Source: a bacterium
GTDB lineage: Bacteria > Auribacterota > Erginobacteria > Erginobacterales > DAOSXE01
Direction of reading: 5' to 3'
NCBI GenBank assembly: GCA_035380285.1
Contig: DAOSXE010000015.1
Location: 1,927-65,926 of the forward strand
Length of the DNA stretch: 64,000 nt
The notes beneath the pieces were generated by a model. That model was not told the DNA's origin, made no database searches, and saw only the letters and a program-made list of their open reading frames with translations. Shown in pieces: positions 8,926-18,543 of this stretch (the stretch's first letter is position 1; each line of letters starts with the position of its first letter). Made by a program: the position numbers and the translations under genes.

Positions 8926-11019
8926 ATGACCAGAGAAATACCAATCGAAAAAGTCCGAAACATCGGGGTCATGGCCCACATCGACGCCGGGAAAACCACG
9001 GTGACGGAACGCATCCTTTTCTTCACCGGCCGCAGCCATAAGATCGGAGAGGTACACGACGGCGAAGCGACCATGGACTGGATGGTTCAGGAACAGGAAC
9101 GCGGGATCACCATCACCTCGGCGGCCACCACCGCCTTCTGGAAAGGCCATAGAATCAACATCATCGATACCCCGGGCCACGTCGACTTCACCGCGGAAGT
9201 CGAGCGTTCGCTCCGGGTCCTGGACGGGACCGTCGCTCTCTTCTGCGCGGTGGGCGGCGTCCAGCCCCAGTCGGAGACGGTATGGCGCCAGGCCGAGAAA
9301 TACATGGTCCCGCGTATCGCCTTCATCAACAAGATGGACCGGATCGGGGCCGATTTCGACGGCGTGGTGAAGGAAATCGAGGTGACCCTGGGGGCCAACC
9401 CGGTTCCGATCGTGATCCCGATCGGGGCGGGCGCGGAATTCGAAGGCGTCGTCGATCTGATCGAGATGAAGGCGATTTTCTACGACGAGGCGCCCGTCGG
9501 GGCGCGGATCCGGGAAGAAGCCGTTCCGGCCGAGCTCAGGGAAAGAGCGGAAGCCGCCCGGGAGTTTTTAGTCGAACGGGTCAGCGAACAGGACGACGCC
9601 CTCATGGAGAAATACGTGGGGGGACAGGAACCCTCCCGGGACGAACTGACGGCGGCCCTGCGCGGGGCCGTCATCCGCGGGGAGGTCATCCCGGTCCTCT
9701 GCGGCGCCGCGTTCAAGAATAAGGGCGTCCGCCGGCTGCTCGACGCCATCGTCGATCTTCTCCCCTCCCCCCTCGACCTGCCCCCGGCCATCGGCACCCG
9801 CAAGGAGGAGAACAAGGAGATCATCCGCCACCCTTCCGAGGACGCCCCGCTGGCCGCCCTGGCCTTCAAGATCATGGCCGACCGGCACCTGGGGAAACTG
9901 ACCTACCTGAGGGTCTACTCGGGGGTGCTCGCCAACGGGTCGTTCGTCTTCAACTCCAACCTGGAAACCAGGCAGCGGGTGGGGCGGATATTCCTCATGC
10001 ACGCCAACAAGCAGCAGGCGGTCGACAATTTGAGAGCCGGCGAGGTGGGGGCGGTGGTCGGCCTGGCCGAGACCAGGACCGGAGACACCGTCTGCGACGA
10101 GGCGCACCCCATCATCCTGGAAAATATCGATTTCCCCGCCCCGGTGATCGGGGTGGCCGTGGCCCCCGCCAGCCGGGCGGACCGGGATCGCCTGGCGGCG
10201 GCCCTGAGCCGCCTGGCCGACGAAGACCCCACCTTCACCGTCCGCACCGAAGAGGAGACGGGCGAAGTGATCATCTCGGGCATGGGCGAACTGCACCTCG
10301 AGGTCATCGTCGATCGGCTCAAGCGCGAATTCAACGTCGCGGTCGAAGTCGGGCAACCCCAGGTCGCCTACCGGGAGACGATCCTGGGGGATATCGAGCA
10401 CCGTTACCGCCACGTCAAGCAGACCGGAGGCCACGGCCAGTTCGCCGACATCATCTTCCGGATCGAGCCGGGCCAACCCGGCGAAGGCTTCCAGTTCTTC
10501 AACGAAATCCGGGGGGGGAACATACCCCGGGAATACATTCCTTCGATCGAACGCGGGGTGGTCGACGCCATGGCCCAGGGACCCTACGCCGGATTTCCCA
10601 TGGTCGACATCGTTTATACCGTCCTGGACGGATCGGCCCACGAAGTCGACTCCTCGGACATGGCCTTCCGCACCTGCGCCGCAGTCGGCTTCAAGGAAGC
10701 CTGCCGCAAGGCGGGCCTGCAGCTTCTGGAACCGATGATGAGCGTGGAGATCGTCACCCCCGAAGAATATATCGGCCCCCTGACCGGGAGCATCTGTTCC
10801 AAGCGGGGAAAGGTAACGAGCCTGATCCACAAGGCCACGCACTGCGTCCTCGCGGGCCAGGTGCCCCTGGCCAACATGTTCGGCTATTCCTCGGAACTGC
10901 GCACCATCACCAGCGGCCGCGGCGATTTTTCCATGCATTTCGAACACTACGCCGCCGTGCCCTTCTCCCTGGCGGAGGAGATCGTGGAACGACGGCGCCG
11001 GGAAGAGAAAATTCCCTGA
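8926..11019 (+). CDS. fusA: translation elongation factor G
   Basis: GTPase motifs [18 protein letters not shown] and full-length EF-G-like architecture (697 aa from internal ATG of ORF 8869..11019). Confidence 0.95.
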   Translation: MTREIPIEKVRNIGVMAHIDAGKTTVTERILFFTGRSHKIGEVHDGEATMDWMVQEQERGITITSAATTAFWKGHRINIIDTPGHVDFTAEVERSLRVLDGTVALFCAVGGVQPQSETVWRQAEKYMVPRIAFINKMDRIGADFDGVVKEIEVTLGANPVPIVIPIGAGAEFEGVVDLIEMKAIFYDEAPVGARIREEAVPAELRERAEAAREFLVERVSEQDDALMEKYVGGQEPSRDELTAALRGAVIRGEVIPVLCGAAFKNKGVRRLLDAIVDLLPSPLDLPPAIGTRKEENKEIIRHPSEDAPLAALAFKIMADRHLGKLTYLRVYSGVLANGSFVFNSNLETRQRVGRIFLMHANKQQAVDNLRAGEVGAVVGLAETRTGDTVCDEAHPIILENIDFPAPVIGVAVAPASRADRDRLAAALSRLADEDPTFTVRTEEETGEVIISGMGELHLEVIVDRLKREFNVAVEVGQPQVAYRETILGDIEHRYRHVKQTGGHGQFADIIFRIEPGQPGEGFQFFNEIRGGNIPREYIPSIERGVVDAMAQGPYAGFPMVDIVYTVLDGSAHEVDSSDMAFRTCAAVGFKEACRKAGLQLLEPMMSVEIVTPEEYIGPLTGSICSKRGKVTSLIHKATHCVLAGQVPLANMFGYSSELRTITSGRGDFSMHFEHYAAVPFSLAEEIVERRRREEKIP

Positions 11020-11088
11020 AGCGGCGGCCGCGAGGGGGCCCGGCGGAAAAAAACCGGCTCCCCGGGGGAGGGAACCGGTCGTGGAGCT
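10915..11088. repeat. 174-bp direct repeat, left copy (putative att site); spans last 105 nt of fusA plus 69 nt downstream
   Basis: Identical nucleotide-for-nucleotide to 21573-21746 (read directly). Confidence 0.9.
11047..11078 (-). terminator. duplicated copy of the tRNA-Ala intrinsic terminator inside the left repeat; positioned to terminate the island operon
   Basis: Same sequence as 21705-21736: on the minus strand an 8-bp stem (one G-U pair) followed by U7. Confidence 0.3.
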
Positions 11089-11281
11089 TTGTCCCTCGAT
11101 CTCAAACTTACTTTGACAACGAAAATGCGCCTACCGGAACATACGATTCGTGAAGTGTGGTTTACTTCACGACCGCGTGCGAGTATCGAGCCGCTCAGCA
11201 CGGGCGCGCAATAACCAGTGTCCTTTACCGTGCTGGCATATCATCACCGCTTTCCAGACCATAAGTACTCACTCGCTGAGT

Positions 11282-12310
11282 CTACGGCACCATCCTCGCG
11301 AAGTAAGGGTAGAGACGAGAGTACCGCTCGTAGTTGCTCATCTTGGCGATACTAACTTCCTCCGAGTCATCACCCTCAGTTAGATACCCTAGAGCGGTAA
11401 CACATACTGTCCCGTCTCCCGTTTCGGTCGGCAGAATTTCTTCGAGCTTCAGACGCTCCTTCGTGCTCAGCACCGGAACATCGATCTCATCGATCAAGCC
11501 CGAAGCAGTCACATAGAGGGGGCTCGTAGCCTTAAAGTGACCAAGCAACGCATCTCGGTTATTCTCCGGACAGAACACCCCTGTTATGCTTAACATAATT
11601 GTACCATCCGAGTACTTTGCCACCTGTAGCGGAAGAAAAGTCTTCGGCTTACTGCAAGCGCTCTCCAGAACCGATAGCACCATATGACTGAGCAACCATG
11701 GGAAGTTCTCCTCTTTGAAGTTCTCCCATGTGAACAGGTCATGGTCATAGGATACTTCTGCGACTGTCATGGCCTTCAGGTAATCATCTCGAAACTCATT
11801 GAAATCTTTCTTCTTGTAGGACGGAAGTATCTGCTGATGGCGCCGAAGCTTGACCTCCCTATATACCGGGGTCTCCGCCATGAGCGTTACCCGCAGCACA
11901 CTCCATTCAAGAGCCTGACGTGCGATACCGGACACTTCTGTCAACTCTTGTCGCCCAGCATCAACGTAATCCACCCACACAATCGTTGGTTTTTCGCTGG
12001 GAAACAGCGTTGACAGGAATTCCTCAAACCGACAGGACAGAAGTTTCACTTTTTTTGAACACTGGTGGAATTTCTGTCGCCTGTACGTCTCACCATCACT
12101 CTCAACCGACACCATGTCAAGGTTCGGGAACACGTTGCTCAGCAACCTGAAGTCTTCAAGAAACGGACCTCCAAACCCGATATACAAATGCTCTTTCAAG
12201 CTATGTGTGAGTTCAAACGTACGCAGCAACTCGACCAAGACCAAGCGATCAATAGCCTTGTTGGATCGCAAATGATATGCTGGATGTTTTGGTTTTCTGA
12301 GCCAGGTCAT
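11282..12310 (-). CDS. hypothetical protein, partner of the GHKL ATPase (4-nt overlap)
   Basis: 342-aa ORF with protein-like composition, last gene of the island gene array; no motif I can assign. Confidence 0.5.
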   Translation of the reverse strand: MTWLRKPKHPAYHLRSNKAIDRLVLVELLRTFELTHSLKEHLYIGFGGPFLEDFRLLSNVFPNLDMVSVESDGETYRRQKFHQCSKKVKLLSCRFEEFLSTLFPSEKPTIVWVDYVDAGRQELTEVSGIARQALEWSVLRVTLMAETPVYREVKLRRHQQILPSYKKKDFNEFRDDYLKAMTVAEVSYDHDLFTWENFKEENFPWLLSHMVLSVLESACSKPKTFLPLQVAKYSDGTIMLSITGVFCPENNRDALLGHFKATSPLYVTASGLIDEIDVPVLSTKERLKLEEILPTETGDGTVCVTALGYLTEGDDSEEVSIAKMSNYERYSRLYPYFARMVP

Positions 12311-13740
12311 TCCCTCGCCTCCTCAAGGATCACGTCAAAGCACCTCGCCCCAACATTGGATGGATTTCTGTCGGGGCTATCAAAGATGTACTGTGAAACA
12401 CGACGCACATCCCTGACAGCACGGGTAAAGACTATTCGCTCCGTCGTCTTCTTCTTGTCCGGTCGCGGTAACACAGGTTTGTACTGTTTGCCTTTCACGG
12501 CACCGCGCGTCGCAGTCATGTGCAATTTCAATGCTCGAGTTCGAATCTCGTCAAGCGTCGCTTTGTGTGTTGATCTCATCTCACATCGAGACTTGGCAAC
12601 GAGATCCTTACCTTTCCATTGGTTAGTGTACTGAGTGAACATCTTTGTTCCCTCAATCATCTTGTCACGCACCTGCAGGTAAAGAGGAGATGAGGCCTCG
12701 ATCCCTCTTTTGGTTGTCGTCATAGGCAAGAGATTCGCGTCATCCGCACTGAATATGACAATCCCCGATATCGCAATGAATTGCATGTGGTATTGCGGCA
12801 CTCCCGAAACTCCCCACCCAGTCAAAGGCGTCTTGTCACAGTAAACTACAGTTCGGTCGTTGCAGATCACAGTCCACCCGGCCTCTGCAGAAGAATACCG
12901 CTCCTTGTAGTTCTCAAGGCCTTCGTCTGCCTCCTCTCGGCTGGGGATCGGGCTCGTGAAACCCACAACAAGGAACACATCAACCCCATCGTGTTTCCCT
13001 TCGTAGATAAAGGGCATTATCGGGTGCTTCGATCTCACCGCTTCCTCCGCGAATAGCAGGCTTATGCTCCTAGGAGTTACCGCCTTTCCGTTGATACGGA
13101 CTTCAAACCCCTTGCCAATGATGTACGCATAGTGCGTCGCTACGGCCTCACGAAACGCTCTCTCAAAGGCTCCGGATTCGAATTCCGTACGCACGGATGA
13201 GTAAATACTTCTGATTTCAAGTGTGGTACCAAGAGTTTCTGCTGGCTTGATCGCGACTACGGGAATCAACCAGTCATCCTCTTTTGATATCCACTGCGGT
13301 GATAGCCGCAAACGGTAAGAACCGTCCTTCGCATGTGTTCTGATTGTGCAGTCCGCTCCCATCTTGAAGATGGCGCGCTTCATCCCAATTCCATACGTAC
13401 CGATGGTTTTTTTCCCCTTGTCTATGTCCGCTTTAATCCGTCCCATGCGAAAGGCGTAGTCATGGTATCTCACCGGTATCCCCCCACAGTTGTCTTCAAT
13501 CCTGAAGCGCGTCCCGTCAAACTCAATACTTGCCCAATATCCCTCGTATGGGAGACGCCTAGAAAGTTGCCGTTTCGTTTCAGCCCGCTGAATACCATCT
13601 ACACAGTTATCCAGCAGATCCAGGATCGCATCCTGAAGCTCGATGTCCCTTGTTAGCATATGTACGAAAAACGACTTGACCGGATTGGCCGGAATGTGTG
13701 GGATCTTCCTAAGATGCATCTGAGTAACCTCCTTATTCAA
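12307..13740 (-). CDS. MORC/MutL-like GHKL-superfamily ATPase (restriction/defence-associated type)
   Basis: Bergerat-fold motifs: N-box LDLLDNCVDG, G1 box EDNCGGIP, G2 box GTYGIGMKRAIF in the N-terminal ~200 aa; ~270 aa C-terminal region unassigned. Confidence 0.7.
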   Translation of the reverse strand: MNKEVTQMHLRKIPHIPANPVKSFFVHMLTRDIELQDAILDLLDNCVDGIQRAETKRQLSRRLPYEGYWASIEFDGTRFRIEDNCGGIPVRYHDYAFRMGRIKADIDKGKKTIGTYGIGMKRAIFKMGADCTIRTHAKDGSYRLRLSPQWISKEDDWLIPVVAIKPAETLGTTLEIRSIYSSVRTEFESGAFERAFREAVATHYAYIIGKGFEVRINGKAVTPRSISLLFAEEAVRSKHPIMPFIYEGKHDGVDVFLVVGFTSPIPSREEADEGLENYKERYSSAEAGWTVICNDRTVVYCDKTPLTGWGVSGVPQYHMQFIAISGIVIFSADDANLLPMTTTKRGIEASSPLYLQVRDKMIEGTKMFTQYTNQWKGKDLVAKSRCEMRSTHKATLDEIRTRALKLHMTATRGAVKGKQYKPVLPRPDKKKTTERIVFTRAVRDVRRVSQYIFDSPDRNPSNVGARCFDVILEEARE

Positions 13741-14914
13741 TAAACTCCTTCATGCGACTAAGTACGCTTTCTGCCAGAATCGGGCTGATGCTATTCCCGA
13801 TCTGTCTAAAGCTGTGCCACTTCGTCGAGTCGAACTGGAACCAGTCGGGGAAGCCCTGCAACCGGGCCGCTTCCCGGGGAGTAATGACGCGCGGCTCTGT
13901 GGGGTGAATTGGCCGAAGGGCTTGGTAGCTTCCATGCTCCGGGTCTGAGCCCGATCTTAGAGTCGGACAGAACCCCTTCCGTGCCAAACGCACAGCTCGC
14001 GAAGGCCCGTCAATGGCTCCCTCCGCCAGCTTGGCGAATCTCTCCAGAACGGTTTTCGTATGCCGTGTACCAAGACAGCCTGAAACGCGGTTCTCGTCTT
14101 GCAAGCGCCTAATCGCCTCCAGATCGCCAACACCCTCTGGTATCTTGTCGCGAATCCTTTCCCAAAACGGGCCGCTGTTGTGAGGCGTTACTGTGCGCCA
14201 ACTCTGGGCTTCTTGCTGCCACTCAGGACTGATCTTCTGGCGAAGACCTAGAAGTGCCGTCCCAACGTTGACTTTCGCGACGTTGGCAGGGGGCGCAAAA
14301 CAATCCTTCGTCAACCCGTTCGCACGCCCCACAACAATACCAATAAAGAACACTCGTTCTCGACTTGTTGCCGCGCCGAAATCCGATGCTTTGAGAATAA
14401 TAGGACCGAGGTTTATGTAGTTAGCCACTCTGGCCAACGCATTCGCGCGAACTTCGTCGAATTGAGAGTCCCGTATGCCTAGCACGTTCTCAGCAATGTA
14501 AAACGTGGGTTGAAGCTCCGCCACCAACCGAAAGAAGTGGTCGAACAGGTTGTTGCGCGCGTCATTTGGTTTGCGGCGACCGATTCGACTAAAACCCTGG
14601 CATGGCGGTCCACCGATAACCCCATCAATTCCGTTGATGTCGATTTGGGCCTTCTCAATAAGTTCTGCGCCTGTGAGTTCAGCAATGTTTGCATCAACGT
14701 ATTCGTATTTAGGGAAGTTCTTCTTGAAAGCGGATTTGGCTTGGGCATTGTTATCCACGGCTGCGGCAATCTGGAAGCCTGCGCGCGCTGCACCGAGAGT
14801 CAACCCTCCCACACCGCAGAACAAGTCAATGACCGTCGGCATACCTTCTGTTCCCTTCGCCGTTTTTCTGTTACCCGTGAAGCTCAGATCCGTCTCTATT
14901 CTTAACTGTATCAA
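13733..14914 (-). CDS. dcm: DNA (cytosine-5)-methyltransferase
   Basis: Motif I DLFCGVGG, motif IV catalytic PPCQGFS, ENV motif, C-terminal QIGNSIS. Confidence 0.9.
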   Translation of the reverse strand: MIQLRIETDLSFTGNRKTAKGTEGMPTVIDLFCGVGGLTLGAARAGFQIAAAVDNNAQAKSAFKKNFPKYEYVDANIAELTGAELIEKAQIDINGIDGVIGGPPCQGFSRIGRRKPNDARNNLFDHFFRLVAELQPTFYIAENVLGIRDSQFDEVRANALARVANYINLGPIILKASDFGAATSRERVFFIGIVVGRANGLTKDCFAPPANVAKVNVGTALLGLRQKISPEWQQEAQSWRTVTPHNSGPFWERIRDKIPEGVGDLEAIRRLQDENRVSGCLGTRHTKTVLERFAKLAEGAIDGPSRAVRLARKGFCPTLRSGSDPEHGSYQALRPIHPTEPRVITPREAARLQGFPDWFQFDSTKWHSFRQIGNSISPILAESVLSRMKEFIE

Positions 14915-15313
14915 TCACAGGCACTCCTCAAATCCATCTTCTGAAAGAATCGCTAGCCTTCCCCCTCTGCGAATCCAAGTGGCTATTCTCTTCACATCTC
15001 GGCCTTCACCAAACGCTGGGGTGCGCCTCCGAACGGCGCATTCCCAAATCACGAGAACACGCCAGCCCATATCTAGCAGTTTGCCTCGCACGCACAAATC
15101 TCGCAATCTGTTGCGTTTAATCTTCTTATTCCAAAACTGCTGATTGCTCTTTGCCTTCGGCCTTCGACCACATTCATGCCCATGCCAGTAGCATCCGTGG
15201 ACGAACACAACAGTCTTATGCCCGGCTAGAACAATGTCAGGTCGGCCCGGTAGATTCCTGGCGTGTAACCGATACCTAAAGCCTTCTCCAAACAGCGTCC
15301 TACGCACCTCCAT
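14915..15313 (-). CDS. vsr: very short patch repair endonuclease
   Basis: LPGRPDIV, FVHGCYWHGHEC and GWRVLVIWECA motifs; lies immediately 5-prime of dcm on the same strand with no gap. Confidence 0.85.
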   Translation of the reverse strand: MEVRRTLFGEGFRYRLHARNLPGRPDIVLAGHKTVVFVHGCYWHGHECGRRPKAKSNQQFWNKKIKRNRLRDLCVRGKLLDMGWRVLVIWECAVRRRTPAFGEGRDVKRIATWIRRGGRLAILSEDGFEECL

Positions 15314-15386
15314 TTCCGGGCCTGTGTTTTTCCCCGATTCGCAGCCATGATCTTGTGCCGAGTCTCAGCATTTACTCGGTCCACCA

Positions 15387-15653
15387 TCAAGACTTCCCTG
15401 CCCTTTTGTCCCGTTGATGCACTTTGTTATGACAAACGATGCACAATGTCTTCAGGTTCCCTTCAATATTTACGCTGCCCTTCACGTGATGCTCGATGTG
15501 ATGCAACTCCAAGTGTCGCGGATCGAACGGGTTCCATTCGTCGTGCGCCCACGCGCAAAACCGGCACTTGTCCCCGTCGCGCCGAAGCAACGGAAGCAAG
15601 CCGAACACACAGTTCAATCGCTTGTCCGACATAGAGATGTGGGGCGACCGCAA
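15387..15653 (-). CDS. small HNH endonuclease
   Basis: CRFC ... HHIEHHVKGSVNIEGNLKTLCIVCHNKVH (HNH motif with flanking Cys pairs); 5-prime end overlaps the end of the preceding gene so true start may be the internal Met (MSDKRL). Confidence 0.6.
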   Translation of the reverse strand: MRSPHISMSDKRLNCVFGLLPLLRRDGDKCRFCAWAHDEWNPFDPRHLELHHIEHHVKGSVNIEGNLKTLCIVCHNKVHQRDKRAGKS

Positions 15654-16720
15654 CCTGCAATCTCACCAACCGCCTGACCGACAACAGCGTATGTGTCATA
15701 GCTCGGTATCCGGAGCATTGGACCGGTGAAAGACGCACAAAGAAGAGGTACTCGTTCGCGTAGATGTGCAGACCCCAAATCTCCTCCGCCAATCTTCACA
15801 CCATGGTCAGCCACTACGAACACCCAATCGCCAGAACGAAGAAAATCCAAGAATGACTGTAGAAAAGCGTCAAACCGCTCAAGGGTTCGCCAGCACGCCG
15901 ATGCATCTCCCATGTGGGCATAACGGTCAAAATCCTCCAGATTGACCATGATAAATGCCTCGTCCTCCGCCGCTGTAACCTCTGCATTCAACAGCTCAAA
16001 GCACTGCTCGTCTCGCTCAGTTCGTACTGCCATATTCGCTGGCAAGGATAGGATTTCCTGCACCTTGCCGTTGACTATCCGTCTCCATCCAAGCGGCACG
16101 AATTTCTGCAGCAGAGACTCTCCATCGATCATCTGAAAGAAGTCACGCCGTAGTTCTTCAACCGGTTCTCCGCCACGCAACGGTCTTGCAAGCACCTTCT
16201 TCACGCATAACTCCGCTGATGCATCCAACATGCAGCGGAGTGCCTGTGCGACTTTATATAGACACTCACGGGGCACGACAATTTCATCTGCACTCACGAC
16301 CACAGTGCTGTCGAGCCCCCTATAGAGCATTATTGCCCCAGTTTGCAAATGTTCGAGCCACAACTCCGGGAGAACATCCCTGCCCCTTCCCTGTTTGTTG
16401 CCAATCAACTTAACTCCACAATTATTGCCAAGCTTCATCAGAACATCACGCGGTAGCGGTTCCGAGGGTATAGGGTGAGGTTGTTTAGTTATCCATCCGA
16501 ACATCTCGCGATGTCCTTCCTCCGATCCCACCGCGACTGACGCTTGTCTCATCACATGTCCACGACCCGTGACCGCAGCATCCAATCCCATATTAAAAAG
16601 GACTGGAAGAACGGAGATTTTGCGGCCGTACTGTTCGCACAGAGTCCCTAGGGTGCTGGTCTCACCGCCGTCAGGAGCAACTCCAAAACCATCTACAACG
16701 ATCACAAAAACGCGCGACAT
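15614..16720 (-). CDS. phosphopentomutase-like metalloenzyme (alkaline phosphatase superfamily)
   Basis: N-terminal FVIVVDGFG, central NLEDFD, C-terminal VVADHG ... HLRERVPLL, matching the DeoB-type motif order. Confidence 0.7.
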   Translation of the reverse strand: MSRVFVIVVDGFGVAPDGGETSTLGTLCEQYGRKISVLPVLFNMGLDAAVTGRGHVMRQASVAVGSEEGHREMFGWITKQPHPIPSEPLPRDVLMKLGNNCGVKLIGNKQGRGRDVLPELWLEHLQTGAIMLYRGLDSTVVVSADEIVVPRECLYKVAQALRCMLDASAELCVKKVLARPLRGGEPVEELRRDFFQMIDGESLLQKFVPLGWRRIVNGKVQEILSLPANMAVRTERDEQCFELLNAEVTAAEDEAFIMVNLEDFDRYAHMGDASACWRTLERFDAFLQSFLDFLRSGDWVFVVADHGVKIGGGDLGSAHLRERVPLLCASFTGPMLRIPSYDTYAVVGQAVGEIAGCGRPTSLCRTSD

Positions 16721-18534
16721 CAGGATTCAAATTTTCTGATTCGCAGGTTAACGAATTCAACAACTTTCCGCCAAAGACTGGCGATTGAAACTTTGCTGCC
16801 AAGCGAGAGTTCTCCTTCATACTGAAGAAGAAGAGGAATGATCGGTATAGTTACCTTTAGCTTGTCCGTAACAGAAATATCAGACTTCAGCACAGTGGAA
16901 GTAACGGAGACCCGTTCTGCGACCTTAGGCAAAATGGCTGAAGATTTTATGGTGTCACAGAGCGTCGCTAACACCTCTCTGGATTCTTCAAGCAGCGCTT
17001 TCATCTCCTCTGTTTCAGGCTCATGGTCCATCGCTGAGACGAATGACTCGACAACAACATCCCGGGCCGTTCTCGCCTCTGATACCGCCTCTGTAGCAGC
17101 GATCTTCCCTGCCATCTGAAGTTGTTCGTATTCCATGACAGACGCGACGACTCTGCCCCGTATCTCTAGGATATCTTCCTCAAGCCGCTGGATGCTTTTG
17201 GGTCGGTCCTCGACTCTCAGGGTATCTTCAGTGCGTTTGAGAAGGACGAAGTCCTTGCGTAGATTATCCCGAATATCTTCCAGCCTCTGTTTCTCTACCG
17301 GTATCCCGTTAGCCACTGTTTCGTCCTTCCTCTCTTCACAGGATCTGGGAACGCCGACGATTCTCCTCACATCGGTCAGAATATCCTTTGGGGCCGATGC
17401 CTCGGAGACAGCGCCAAGAATATGCACCAATGCTGTCACGCTCGAACGTATCCGCTCTGGGTCCGAAAGCAACCCGCGTCCCATTTGAATCATCACGTCC
17501 GCACCAAATGTCTCAACGTTCTGAAATATTTCTTCGAGGAAAATACTTCCCGAAGAAACAGCGAAGCATGGTCTGAGACCATACTGATCGCCCTGTAGCT
17601 TTTCGATTTCCTCCTTCAATATTGCTTGCTCATACGGAAAATCCTGGGTGAACGGCCCTGTGTAGACAGCATCTCCACCTGCAAGTCGCGAAAGTAGGGC
17701 AATTACCTGCTCCGCTAGGTAGTGCGTGCTCTTGCGCGTCAATACACCCCGGCCGATGTTGTTCACAACGAATGCTGTCTGACCATCACACGTATCGATC
17801 ACATGCCTGACAGCCGAAAAACCCATCGCGATACAGTTGAGGGTAAAACCACAAACGCCATGGCGCTGTCCATCCTCGACCAAGCGCAAGGATGTCTCCA
17901 CATCTGCGGTTGCATTCATGAAGTAGCCCAACTTGCGCCCCGTTTTCTCTTGGGCTGCAGTAACTACGGTTTCAATGGCCTGTGCGCGTTGTCCAAATGG
18001 ACTACAACTTGGGGACACGAGCAACTCGTCGTCAATCACGTAGTCAACACCACCCTCCAATGCTCTTTGCACTGTTGGGAGAATATCAGATAGACTCATG
18101 CGCAACCGCGGTTTCAGGATGAGCCCCAGAAGCGGCCGTTGGGAAACACCAAGAAGCTTCCTAATCCCTGATACACCATACCTTGGCCCCTTGTATTCAT
18201 CGAGGCAAACTTTGGGCAATGCCAGATCCACCACGGCAAATCGCTTCAGCGCTGAAAAGACAGAGCAATAGCACACACTCCCTAGGAGCATGGCGAGACC
18301 CGTACCAAGTCCAGCAGAACAAGGCGGCAGGGACAAAAGCACTTCAAGCTCGTTCTTGGATTGATCAATCTCACGAACATCGAGAATCTCTGGGTCTTCG
18401 TGAAATTCACAAGGCTCATCGGTACGTCGCAGCGGAATCGTTCCGGTGCTGCCTAGATCCATCGCAGCGAGGAGTTGCTTCAGCCCCTTCTCACGGTTTT
18501 CTAGGATCATGTGAAGTGTTACAGTTGCATGCAT
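16720..18534 (-). CDS. RuBisCO large-subunit-like protein (RLP) with Lys-to-Ile at the carbamylation position and a ~200-aa C-terminal extension
   Basis: [29 protein letters not shown] parallels the RuBisCO [30 protein letters not shown] signature; [10 protein letters not shown] aligns to [18 protein letters not shown] parallels GHYLNATA; C-terminal region is charged and coiled-coil-like. Confidence 0.7.
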   Translation of the reverse strand: [604 protein letters not shown]

Positions 18535-18543
18535 AATCGATCC

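Noticed and set aside
11149-11171. 8-bp hairpin (cgtgaagt-gtggttt-acttcacg) just inside the left island end as the operon terminator
   Set aside because: Perfect stem but no adjacent U-tract on either strand; the duplicated tRNA-Ala terminator 70 nt further on is a better candidate, so this is left unannotated.
11282-12310. The 342-aa island protein as the missing integrase
   Set aside because: No tyrosine-recombinase R..H..R..Y arrangement or serine-recombinase N-terminal motif seen; it is translationally coupled to the GHKL ATPase instead.
16720-18534. Bona fide CO2-fixing RuBisCO
   Set aside because: The carbamylated lysine position reads as Ile, there is no small-subunit or carbon-fixation context, and the gene lies in a horizontally acquired island among DNA-modification genes.
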